64,000 nucleotides of DNA from an uncultured Candidatus Saccharibacteria bacterium. Its GTDB lineage: Bacteria; Patescibacteriota; Minisyncoccia; JAHISW01; Tagabacteraceae. Under the pieces are notes generated by a model. That model saw nothing but the letters and a program-made list of their open reading frames with translations, searched no databases and had not been told where the DNA came from. How positions within the stretch are numbered: position 1 is the first letter of the stretch; every line of letters begins with the position of its first letter. The stretch is taken from NCBI GenBank assembly GCA_964601305.1, contig CAZRMW010000001.1, positions 34,376-98,375 of the forward strand. Direction: 5' to 3'. The position numbers and the translations under genes are program-made. This document shows positions 54,734 through 63,005 of the stretch, one piece after another.

Positions 54734-55839
54734 TTATCTTTTGTCAGATCCTTCCACAAATCTTCTTGTAATTTTCTGATGTTTTCAGGTTGATCATAGT
54801 CAGAATAATACTCAAGCCGTTTCATTGTATTCTTGTCGATATTAGCAAATTCTTTATACACACTGTCTTGCTCAAGCATTCTTTTTGATTTTAAGTTAGG
54901 ACTCATATAATTATATTTGGCAGCTAATTTAGCGCCGACACCAGCATCGAGAATATAATTTATAAACATCTCTGCTGTGTATTTCGATTTCGTTCCTTTC
55001 GGAATAACCATATTATCTGCCCAAATAGCTCCGCCTTCTTTAGGAATGATATATTTAATGCCAGGATTCTTCTCAACAATCTCATGTGCATGTCCACTCA
55101 TAAAAATAGCAAGCCATATATCTTCTGAGATTATTTTTTCTTGAATATCTACAAACCCATAAAAATCCCAATTCATATCATGGAAATTAATAAAATTTTC
55201 AATAGTTTGTATGTCCCGACGTGTCATTGGAACAATTGGACTTCCAATATATTTTGATATCGGACCAAAAAAATCTTCAGGAGTTTTAAAAAATCCAATT
55301 TTATCCTCATAATCTAACTTCCACAAGACATCCCAACTATCTGTGTTTTTGGGGACATATTTTGTATTAACAAAAAGCCCTGTTGTACCAGAAAGATACG
55401 GAAAAGAATATTTGTTTTTTAAATCATAATGCTTATTTAAAAATTGAGGATCAAGATTTCCGCGGTTTGGAATATTTTTTTTGTTTAACTTTAAAAACAA
55501 ATTCTCTTTTAGCATTTTTTTTAAATACGCATCACTCAAAATAAGTAGATCGAACTTTTTTTTCGTTTCGTTTTCTTTAATTTTTTTATGCATTTCACTA
55601 GCATCATAATATTCGTACAGATTTACTTTAACGCCATATTTTTTTTCAAAACCATCCAAAATATCTTGAGAAATATAATGTTCCCAATTGTAAATATCTA
55701 GTTCGTGAGCAAGTGTTTCTTCTGTCTTTGACAACCCCAACAAGAGCCAAACCGCTACACCACACACAACAAGTACGATTATTATTAAAAATAATATTAA
55801 TTTTTTATTTTTTTTATTCATCCCATGGATATTCTTCAA
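54730..55839 (-). CDS. membrane-anchored solute-binding protein, PotD/PotF-like (polyamine-type)
   Basis: N-terminal TM anchor; overall SBP type-2 pattern (..LYEYYDASEM..FDLLILSDAY..GAIWADNMVIPKG..). Confidence 0.5.
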   Translation of the reverse strand: MKNIHGMNKKNKKLILFLIIIVLVVCGVAVWLLLGLSKTEETLAHELDIYNWEHYISQDILDGFEKKYGVKVNLYEYYDASEMHKKIKENETKKKFDLLILSDAYLKKMLKENLFLKLNKKNIPNRGNLDPQFLNKHYDLKNKYSFPYLSGTTGLFVNTKYVPKNTDSWDVLWKLDYEDKIGFFKTPEDFFGPISKYIGSPIVPMTRRDIQTIENFINFHDMNWDFYGFVDIQEKIISEDIWLAIFMSGHAHEIVEKNPGIKYIIPKEGGAIWADNMVIPKGTKSKYTAEMFINYILDAGVGAKLAAKYNYMSPNLKSKRMLEQDSVYKEFANIDKNTMKRLEYYSDYDQPENIRKLQEDLWKDLTKDK

Positions 55840-56884
55840 TCACCATTGAATTAATCAAAATAGTGCTCGAAATATCTTCCTTTTCAATGTCTAGTTTTTT
55901 TAACCTAGCTAAATTAATCATCGGTACTTTTTTGTCGGTTGGCTTAAATTTAAAACTTGATGGTCTTTTGCCCTTAATTAAAATTTCATAACCAAGCTCT
56001 GCTGCATCAGCACCCATCCCTTGGTTAGAAATCATTACTCCGCAAGTTTGCCCCGTAGTAATTACAGTCACCCAAAGACCAAGATCTGGCAAATTACTAT
56101 TTTCGGCAATCCATTTTCCAAAAATTTTATTACCAACATTGTTCCCTCTCCTATCGACAAATCTTGATAATGGTGTAAACACAAAAGCATCTGTTTTATC
56201 TTGATAATACAAGACCTTATTTTGAAAATCTTCATAAAATTCTTGTTTTTCTATTGCAATTACTTCCATACCAAAAGTTTTACTTCTCTCGCTTATTCTT
56301 TCCATTACACCATCCCACTGTTTGGTCGGCTCTGCAAAAACAACCAGTTTTTTTACATAAGGAAATAATTGCTGTAAAAGCTCTAAAGACTCATCCACAA
56401 ACTCTCTTTCTAAAACTCCTGCAACATTTTTTGCTTTGTCGTAATTATAAACCTCTGGCTCTCTATTTACCCCTGTGAAAACAACTGGAATATCCGAATT
56501 AAGATAATACGATTCTATCACATATTCTTGCGCAGTATCGTCTGTGGCAAAAATCAAATCTGGTTGCCATTTGTCTATCATTTGTTTGGCTAGTTCTGCC
56601 TGTTCTAATTTCCACTCCTCTTTTTCGTTTCTTACGGTGTCCATGTCTAGTCGCATTGTTTCAATTTCTATCCCCTCCTTTTTCCAAAATCCCAAAAAGC
56701 CTTCCAAATACCCCTCAACTACCATTGGGGGGGCAACGGAATGGTAACTGTTTAACAAAAAAATCTTAATCGGTTCCTCCCCTCTAAATTTGTATGGGCT
56801 ACGAAAAATATAGTAAGAAGAAATTAAGACAACCATCATTAAAACTACACCCCCTAAATAAATTAACTTTTTTTTATCTTTCAT
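55814..56884 (-). CDS. membrane-anchored periplasmic-binding-protein type I (ABC_sub_bind-like) protein
   Basis: N-terminal TM; IKIFLLNSYHS...DLIFATDDTA...VVFTGV pattern of sugar-binding-fold PBPs. Confidence 0.45.
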   Translation of the reverse strand: MKDKKKLIYLGGVVLMMVVLISSYYIFRSPYKFRGEEPIKIFLLNSYHSVAPPMVVEGYLEGFLGFWKKEGIEIETMRLDMDTVRNEKEEWKLEQAELAKQMIDKWQPDLIFATDDTAQEYVIESYYLNSDIPVVFTGVNREPEVYNYDKAKNVAGVLEREFVDESLELLQQLFPYVKKLVVFAEPTKQWDGVMERISERSKTFGMEVIAIEKQEFYEDFQNKVLYYQDKTDAFVFTPLSRFVDRRGNNVGNKIFGKWIAENSNLPDLGLWVTVITTGQTCGVMISNQGMGADAAELGYEILIKGKRPSSFKFKPTDKKVPMINLARLKKLDIEKEDISSTILINSMVIEEYPWDE

Positions 56885-56885
56885 A

Positions 56886-58019
56886 TTATTTACATTTTTT
56901 AGAAATTAATAAACATATCAAACCAATTATAGAAAAAATAACAAACAGACAAAATACAAAAAACAATAAAAATCTTTTCTCCAAATTACCAATGGTTTTA
57001 CTAATATAATTATCCTCAGAAACATTCACTAAAACCCAATAAAAATCTTTTTCTGGGCTTTTGCCAAAAACTTTCTCAAAACCTCTGTAAATTTCAAAAC
57101 TTCCTTCCGAAGGATGTATGTGTCTATAAGTAAATATTGAGTTTTTATCTCTCAATTGCCTTTTTTGGTAGTCAAACAATATTTTTTCAGAAATATCTGG
57201 ATAATCATCTAAAAAATTGTCGCCACTACCTGTAAGATTTCCAAACTCCTTTGACTCATCAGGGTGTGTGATATAATAACCATCTTGGTTGACTAAAAAA
57301 GTTAACTCTCCACCCCCTTGGAAAGATCTAATATCTTCTAAAAAATAATCAGCATAAACATTTGCTACCATAATCCCAGCACGCTTGTTGTTTTTATCAA
57401 AAACGGTAGTTGCATACGTTAAAATAGGAATGTAATCCACAAATTCTTGAGTGCCACGATTTTCAAGCTCGCCATCTTTTGTACTTAAATCTATTTCAGA
57501 TATAAGAACTTCTCCTTCCTCTAATTTTATAGCTTCACCAAAATAGTACTGTCCCCTTCTGTTTTGGAGTTCGTTTTTTGTAATTATTTTATATTGACCA
57601 TTTAGTTTGAGGGTAGCCGTACGACTAATCTCAACTTTAACCACCTCATCACCATACTCATCAACATAAAACAGTTGATAATATGCAGGGTTCTCTTTTA
57701 TAAATCTTAGAAGATCAGATTCTAATTCTTTTTCAAAAGATTTCTTTTCTTGAACTTTTGTTTCTCTTATCAGATTGTTCAAACTAGAAAGTCCACTCAA
57801 AAATAAAATATCGTTTGCCGCTGTTCCCGGAAAACTGTTTATTTCAACAAAAAGAGTCTCTATGCGTCGGCTAATCGTGTCTACAGCATTAGCTGTGTAG
57901 TTTTTTGAGTTTTCTTTTAAATTGAAATAGTCTCTTGCAGCCAATAAACACAAAAAAGACAAAAGAATTAGGCAAATTAAACCTGCAACAAATTTTTTAT
58001 TGAGTAATCTGGTTAGCAT
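56886..58019 (-). CDS. bitopic membrane protein with extracytoplasmic sensor-like domain
   Basis: N-terminal and C-terminal TM helices flanking about 300-aa domain. Confidence 0.4.
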   Translation of the reverse strand: MLTRLLNKKFVAGLICLILLSFLCLLAARDYFNLKENSKNYTANAVDTISRRIETLFVEINSFPGTAANDILFLSGLSSLNNLIRETKVQEKKSFEKELESDLLRFIKENPAYYQLFYVDEYGDEVVKVEISRTATLKLNGQYKIITKNELQNRRGQYYFGEAIKLEEGEVLISEIDLSTKDGELENRGTQEFVDYIPILTYATTVFDKNNKRAGIMVANVYADYFLEDIRSFQGGGELTFLVNQDGYYITHPDESKEFGNLTGSGDNFLDDYPDISEKILFDYQKRQLRDKNSIFTYRHIHPSEGSFEIYRGFEKVFGKSPEKDFYWVLVNVSEDNYISKTIGNLEKRFLLFFVFCLFVIFSIIGLICLLISKKCK

Positions 58020-58626
58020 AATTTTTTGTCTCTTTGCTTAAATAAAGATACCCTCCAACAATAGACACTAACAATATCCCCAAAACCAACCAGACATAAA
58101 CTATTTTGTTTTTTGAAATTTCAAAATCTTGCCTAAACTCATCTAAAACATCTACATTGTACAAAGTTTGTAATTCAAGAGTATATTTTCCAGACGGAAA
58201 TTTTAAGTTATTAAAATTTTTAGTAAAAACCCTCTCGGTTTCCACCACTAAATAATCTTGTTCCATATGGATTTCTTTTCCAGAACTATCCAAAATACTA
58301 AATAATAAATTCACTGGTGTTGGCTCTGTACCAAAACTTGTAAATATAACTCTGACCGACAAATCCTCGATACTATCAACTGTCTTGTCGTCAGTTTCAA
58401 AATTAATGTCAAATAAATATTTGGTTGAGTCTTTTTTTTCTAAAGCAATTTCCACACGACCTTCTTCTGTTTTACGCTTTTTTACAATTTCGATGCCCCC
58501 ATTGTCGTGTTTTATATTTGGATAAAAACCTATCACTAGCAAAATAGACACAAAAGACACTAGTAGCAATGGCAACGAAAAAACAAAAAACTTTTTTAAC
58601 ACATTCTCACTTTTTCTTCGTTCCAT
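57997..58626 (-). CDS. surface protein carrying the conserved 'LFDIN...TLYNV' module plus C-terminal TM anchor
   Basis: Module shared with 58607..59602 and 60424..61614. Confidence 0.5.
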   Translation of the reverse strand: MERRKSENVLKKFFVFSLPLLLVSFVSILLVIGFYPNIKHDNGGIEIVKKRKTEEGRVEIALEKKDSTKYLFDINFETDDKTVDSIEDLSVRVIFTSFGTEPTPVNLLFSILDSSGKEIHMEQDYLVVETERVFTKNFNNLKFPSGKYTLELQTLYNVDVLDEFRQDFEISKNKIVYVWLVLGILLVSIVGGYLYLSKETKNYANQITQ

Positions 58627-59602
58627 TGTTTCTTTTTATGTTCCAAAAGTACAAACTCGCAACGACTATAAAAATCAAAACAAGCAAAACATAGACATAC
58701 CAAGTTTCTACTATTTTCCTCTTCTCAATAATTTCAAAACTAACCTTAAACTCGTCTTCTACATTCACATTGTAAAGTGTTTTTACAACAAGCGTATATC
58801 TACCTAACGGCAAATCAAGATCCTTAAACCTTTCTATCAAAACTCCTTCGGTTTCTACCACTATTTGATCCTTTTGGCTATGAACTATTTCTCCGGTTTT
58901 ATTTACAATATTAAATGTTAAATCAACGGGAGTTGGCACTCTTCCAAAACTTATAAATATTACTCTCGAAATCAAATCTTTTATGTTAGTTATTGATACT
59001 TTGTCTATTTCAAGATTGATATCAAAAAGTTGTTCTGGTATTTCTTCTGTCTCTGTCTCTGCAGTTTCTGCTGGAGCTTCAGCCCTCACAACAGGCACTA
59101 TTGTAACATAAGTTTGTACAGATTTTTTATCATAAACATTGTTATTTTGGATATCCAAAACAAAAGTACTGCCATCTACTTCTATAATTCCTTCTCCAGT
59201 TTTTTTAGCTCTAAAAGTAGCCGTGCCAAAAGCAGTGCCAGAAGAAACGCCCCTTGGGTAGCCCCCCGTTTTTATTAAAATCCCTTCATTATTATTTATA
59301 AGATCATATCCTGGTTGTTTTAAAGAGACCCAACTATCATTCATTTTGAAAGAGTTGACTTCTAAAAGATCTGGCGGGTAATTTAACTCTATTTTTGTCG
59401 TATAGTTGTTCACTCCAGCTGGGTTTATGCCGACCATAAGCTCAAATTGCTCTCCTTCAACAACATTTATATTTACTGGACTTAAAAAAACAGAAGTATC
59501 GGCTAATACGTCTGGAATTAAGAACAAAGTATAAAGAATTAAGCAGACAACAACAAAAGACGTCCGCAAAAAAACATTCTTAATTCGTGATTCATAAATC
59601 AT
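58607..59602 (-). CDS. cohesin-like domain protein with conserved C-terminal module and TM anchor
   Basis: N-terminus MIYESRIKN paralogous to 42848..44608; cohesin-like GEQFELMVGINPAGVNNYTTKIELNYPPDLLEV; C-terminal IPEQLFDINLEID module. Confidence 0.5.
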   Translation of the reverse strand: MIYESRIKNVFLRTSFVVVCLILYTLFLIPDVLADTSVFLSPVNINVVEGEQFELMVGINPAGVNNYTTKIELNYPPDLLEVNSFKMNDSWVSLKQPGYDLINNNEGILIKTGGYPRGVSSGTAFGTATFRAKKTGEGIIEVDGSTFVLDIQNNNVYDKKSVQTYVTIVPVVRAEAPAETAETETEEIPEQLFDINLEIDKVSITNIKDLISRVIFISFGRVPTPVDLTFNIVNKTGEIVHSQKDQIVVETEGVLIERFKDLDLPLGRYTLVVKTLYNVNVEDEFKVSFEIIEKRKIVETWYVYVLLVLIFIVVASLYFWNIKRNNGTKKK

Positions 59603-59614
59603 AATTCTTTTTTA

Positions 59615-60094
59615 CTAATTTTGATTATTAACTACCACAGGCCCTACATTTACAATAATGTCTCTCTCTGGACTGTACAAAATTGCTTGTTGTTTTTGTA
59701 GATAAATTAACACCTTATCGCCATCAATTGAGCCATGATAAAACGGTTGCTCATTTATAAGTGTCTGTGCGTCTACGATAGTAGCCACACTAGGCAACTC
59801 GTTTTCTGGTAAAACAAAATGTTCTCTCACTTGTTTTACAACCTTTTCAATTTCCTCTTGTTGTTGTTTTTGTTTTTCTACTTCAATTTTTTCTGCAGAA
59901 GTTTCGGTGGCACCAGTAAAGGTAAGGTAAGCGCAAACAAAACCAAAAACAGCCAATATTAGCAGGAGAATAAAAACAACTTTTTTCTTTTTACCATTAG
60001 AATCAGGTTTTCCTGAAAATTGTTCTTGTAATTCTTGATCATTAAATTCCCTTAATTCTTCTATTTCTTTTTCTCCTTTTGTTTTTCTAGGCAT
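59615..60094 (-). CDS. membrane-anchored protein with 'QPFY...SPERDIIVNVGPV' domain
   Basis: Paralogous C-terminal domain to the middle region of 62218..62997. Confidence 0.45.
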   Translation of the reverse strand: MPRKTKGEKEIEELREFNDQELQEQFSGKPDSNGKKKKVVFILLLILAVFGFVCAYLTFTGATETSAEKIEVEKQKQQQEEIEKVVKQVREHFVLPENELPSVATIVDAQTLINEQPFYHGSIDGDKVLIYLQKQQAILYSPERDIIVNVGPVVVNNQN

Positions 60095-60423
60095 AATAAA
60101 AATACAGCTAAACCTTCTAATAATAAAAATTAGATAGATTTAACTGCGCAAAGTTATAAACTGTTCAATTGTTACCGTAATTATACACCGTTCACATCTA
60201 TTTGCAAACCATGCAAGAAGTATTTATTTAAAATCTTTTATAGCAATAGTCTTCCCTCTTGATTTTACTACCACCCTTTGTTTTTCTCTGAACTTTAATT
60301 TTTTGATAATCTCAATAGGCAAAGTTGCCGTCATACTACTACATTTTAACTTCCAGTACTCAGCTTTCAGACTTAACCAAATATTTTTGTCTGTCTACTG
60401 ACGGCTGGTAGCTGTTTACTTAT

Positions 60424-61614
60424 TTACGAATTTTCTTTTTGTTTTCTTCTTTTCGACAAGACAACAATAAATCTTGTAGCAACTACCAAAAGTGTTATAA
60501 ATATAATCCAAAACCAAATAGTCTTGAAAAACGACTTCTTTTCTTCTTTTATTTCAAAATCTTGCCTAAACTCATCAAATACACCTACATTATAAAGTGT
60601 GTACAGCACAAGTGTGTATTTGCCAACAGGAAGCTCTTCGGCCATCTCAAACGTTTTTCGTTTAATTGCTTCTGTTTCTACAATAATATCAACATCTTCT
60701 CCTTCGTCTCTGTACACCTCTTTCCCTTCTTCGTCCAAGATAACAAAAGTTAAATCTACAGGAGTTGGCACTCTTCCAAAACTAATAAATACAACTCTAG
60801 CAACTAAATCTTTTATGCTAGATATTGCAGAGTTGTCTATTTCTAAATTAATATCAAAAAGTTGTTCGGGAATTATTTCTTCTTTTTTACATCTTTTATC
60901 CAATTCTCCTCTTGTTGCCTCGTCTAAAAAACCTTCTCCTGCCCCAAGATATTTCTCTTGAAATTTAATAATCGCTTCCTTGGTGGCATTTCCAAAACTC
61001 CCCGTAACATTTTTTGTAAACACTCCCTCATCCTCTAAACACAATTGAAGATATGCGACATCTTTGTTTCTATTTCCCTCTATTAACTCCTGATTAAAAG
61101 AATGCTCTATTGGAACAGATTTGGGAATTTTAAACGGATACCACGCTTCTTTGGCGCGACTAAGTATATTTTTTGGATTAGCTTCATAGCTAAGAGTTAA
61201 TATTTTATCAAACCACTCAACATTCACTGTTTTGTCGGTCAGTGTTTCAAATGAAATAGAAAATAATTCTCCTGTACCAGAAAACCCTTTTGGAACACCA
61301 CCAACGAAAGAAATAGTATTACCAACGATTTTGGGCTCTTCAACCCACAGGTTCAAAATAGAATTATCTTTTGAAACTGAAACAACCTTCAAGTCTTTAG
61401 CAGGAAATCTAATAGACCCCTCCACAACACTAACTTTTCTCCCTCTCGTGTCCACCATGGCACGTGCTTCTATTCGTTGCCCTGCACTATAAGTTTCACT
61501 TCTTCCGGGTATTTCTGCGGGAGAAATATATAAATCAGCTCGAGCAAAAACTAGAAATGGGAAAAACCCTAGAAGTACTAAAAACAAATATTTGATTTTA
61601 TTAAATTTTTTCAT
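60424..61614 (-). CDS. cohesin-like plus peptidoglycan-binding-like domain protein with conserved C-terminal module and TM anchor
   Basis: Signal peptide; cohesin-like ...NSILNLWVEEPKIVGNTISFVGGVPKGFSGTGELFSISF; PG_binding_1-like VTGSFGNATKEAIIKFQEKYLGAGEGFLDEATRGEL; C-terminal IPEQLFDINLEID...TLYNVGVFDEFRQDFEI plus TM. Confidence 0.5.
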   Translation of the reverse strand: MKKFNKIKYLFLVLLGFFPFLVFARADLYISPAEIPGRSETYSAGQRIEARAMVDTRGRKVSVVEGSIRFPAKDLKVVSVSKDNSILNLWVEEPKIVGNTISFVGGVPKGFSGTGELFSISFETLTDKTVNVEWFDKILTLSYEANPKNILSRAKEAWYPFKIPKSVPIEHSFNQELIEGNRNKDVAYLQLCLEDEGVFTKNVTGSFGNATKEAIIKFQEKYLGAGEGFLDEATRGELDKRCKKEEIIPEQLFDINLEIDNSAISSIKDLVARVVFISFGRVPTPVDLTFVILDEEGKEVYRDEGEDVDIIVETEAIKRKTFEMAEELPVGKYTLVLYTLYNVGVFDEFRQDFEIKEEKKSFFKTIWFWIIFITLLVVATRFIVVLSKRRKQKENS

Positions 61615-61634
61615 AATATTATTTAAATTTTAAC

Positions 61635-61671
61635 CAGCCTGCCCCGTGAGAATCAAAGATTCTTTTACGGG
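61635..61671. terminator. hairpin CAGCCTGCCCCGT..ATTCTTTT..ACGGGG overlapping the stop codon of 61665..62231; homologous copy inside the CDS at 63164..63199
   Basis: CCCCGT/ACGGGG stem; same AGCCTGCCCCGT...ATTCTTCGGGG unit occurs in-frame in the 63006.. gene. Confidence 0.45.
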
Positions 61672-62231
61672 GTCCACTCAAACACCAATACTGCAAAATC
61701 AAAAGCATCGACTACACCATCTTTGTTTATATCAACACAAGATTGAAGAGGTTTTTCTACCTTCCAATAAAAAATAAGTGTTGCAAAATCAAAAGCATCT
61801 ACATCTCCGTCAAGATTAAAATCTGCTCCATTACACTCACTTACAACACCTGCTCCTCCACCTATTATTCCACCTCCGCCCCCCCTAACAGCCGTAGCCG
61901 TTTCTTCTGCGACTGCTGTTGCCGCTGTTGCTGTAATATCGGCTATAACTTCCCCTACACCGCCTTCGTTGTTAAAGTTAGTACTGGAACTTTCCCCAGC
62001 AAGCGCCTCACCAAAAGACCCAATCATCAGATAATTACTGGATGTTGCACTCGCAACACCCCCACTATTAAAACTTGATCCTCTTATACGAAAATTTGAA
62101 CTACTTACAGTTTCTGCGCACACATGTCCATATACAAAAAAACCTCCGAAAACAGATATGCACAAAATAATAAATATATTTTTTCGCATAATTTTCACAT
62201 TCATACATATATAAAACCTATTCCTTTCCAA
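61665..62231 (-). CDS. secreted Gly/Ala-rich protein with C-terminal dockerin-like domain
   Basis: Signal peptide; ADFNLDGDVDAFDFATLIFYW...DINKDGVVDAFDFAVLVFEW = two dockerin Ca-binding repeats. Confidence 0.55.
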   Translation of the reverse strand: MERNRFYICMNVKIMRKNIFIILCISVFGGFFVYGHVCAETVSSSNFRIRGSSFNSGGVASATSSNYLMIGSFGEALAGESSSTNFNNEGGVGEVIADITATAATAVAEETATAVRGGGGGIIGGGAGVVSECNGADFNLDGDVDAFDFATLIFYWKVEKPLQSCVDINKDGVVDAFDFAVLVFEWTP

Positions 62232-62997
62232 TAATTATCACTGCGTCGGCATTGCTTGTTGCTTCCCCTTCCGGCAAGATATCTGTAGAAGAAATATTTA
62301 ATTCTTTTTCCAATCCTTCAATATCTTCTCCTGTTAAGGTTAAATTTATTAACAATGTTTCTTCATGTTCCTGCAAAGAGGCATCGGATGTATTTAAAAT
62401 TCTATAGCTACCTATAGCTTGCAAAGTATTGGCCAAGCTGTTGGCAGCCCCATTTACACCAGATCCATTTCTAATATCTAAACTTATTTTCTTTTCTTCC
62501 TTGACCAACTCACTTTGTGAGTTTAGGTTTTTTTCTTTTTGAATTGGTTTTGGTGCTTGGGATATTTGTTGGTTGTTTTGCTGTTCGTTTTGCTCATAAA
62601 CAGGGCCAACATTAACCAAAATATCCCTTTCTGGGCTGTATATAATTGCTTTATCTTTATAAATTAAAACTTTGTCTCCATTTATAGCTCCACTAAAAAA
62701 AGGTTGTTGTACCACAAGAGTTTCTGCATTTTGAACAGTCGCTAAATTTGGTTCCTCGTTGGGTAAAATGATAAACTTAGAAACCTGCTTTTTTGTTTCT
62801 TCAACCTCTTCCAGGTACAATTCTTTTTGAATTTCTGGATTAGAGAGAAGCGCTACTTGTTTTTTTGCTTCACGATAGTCTGCAAAAATCCATACAAAAC
62901 CACTTGCAAAAATTATAAATAAAGCAAACTTAAATATCCCTTTCACGCCTACTTGTCTAATTAATAATTTTGTTATATTTAAAACTTGCTTGTTCAT
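62218..62997 (-). CDS. membrane-anchored protein with QPFF...SPERDILVNVGPV domain and C-terminal LytR_C-like domain
   Basis: ISLDIRNGSGVNGAANSLANTLQAIGSYRILNTSDAS resembles LytR_C; N-terminal TM. Confidence 0.45.
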   Translation of the reverse strand: MNKQVLNITKLLIRQVGVKGIFKFALFIIFASGFVWIFADYREAKKQVALLSNPEIQKELYLEEVEETKKQVSKFIILPNEEPNLATVQNAETLVVQQPFFSGAINGDKVLIYKDKAIIYSPERDILVNVGPVYEQNEQQNNQQISQAPKPIQKEKNLNSQSELVKEEKKISLDIRNGSGVNGAANSLANTLQAIGSYRILNTSDASLQEHEETLLINLTLTGEDIEGLEKELNISSTDILPEGEATSNADAVIIIGKE

Positions 62998-63005
62998 AAT
63001 TTAAT

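Noticed and set aside
57997-61614. Calling the tandem surface-protein paralogs a known adhesin family (for example SLH, LPXTG or choline-binding)
   Set aside because: No SLH, LPXTG or choline-binding repeat signatures are seen. Anchoring is by a C-terminal TM helix, and the shared module is unrecognised.
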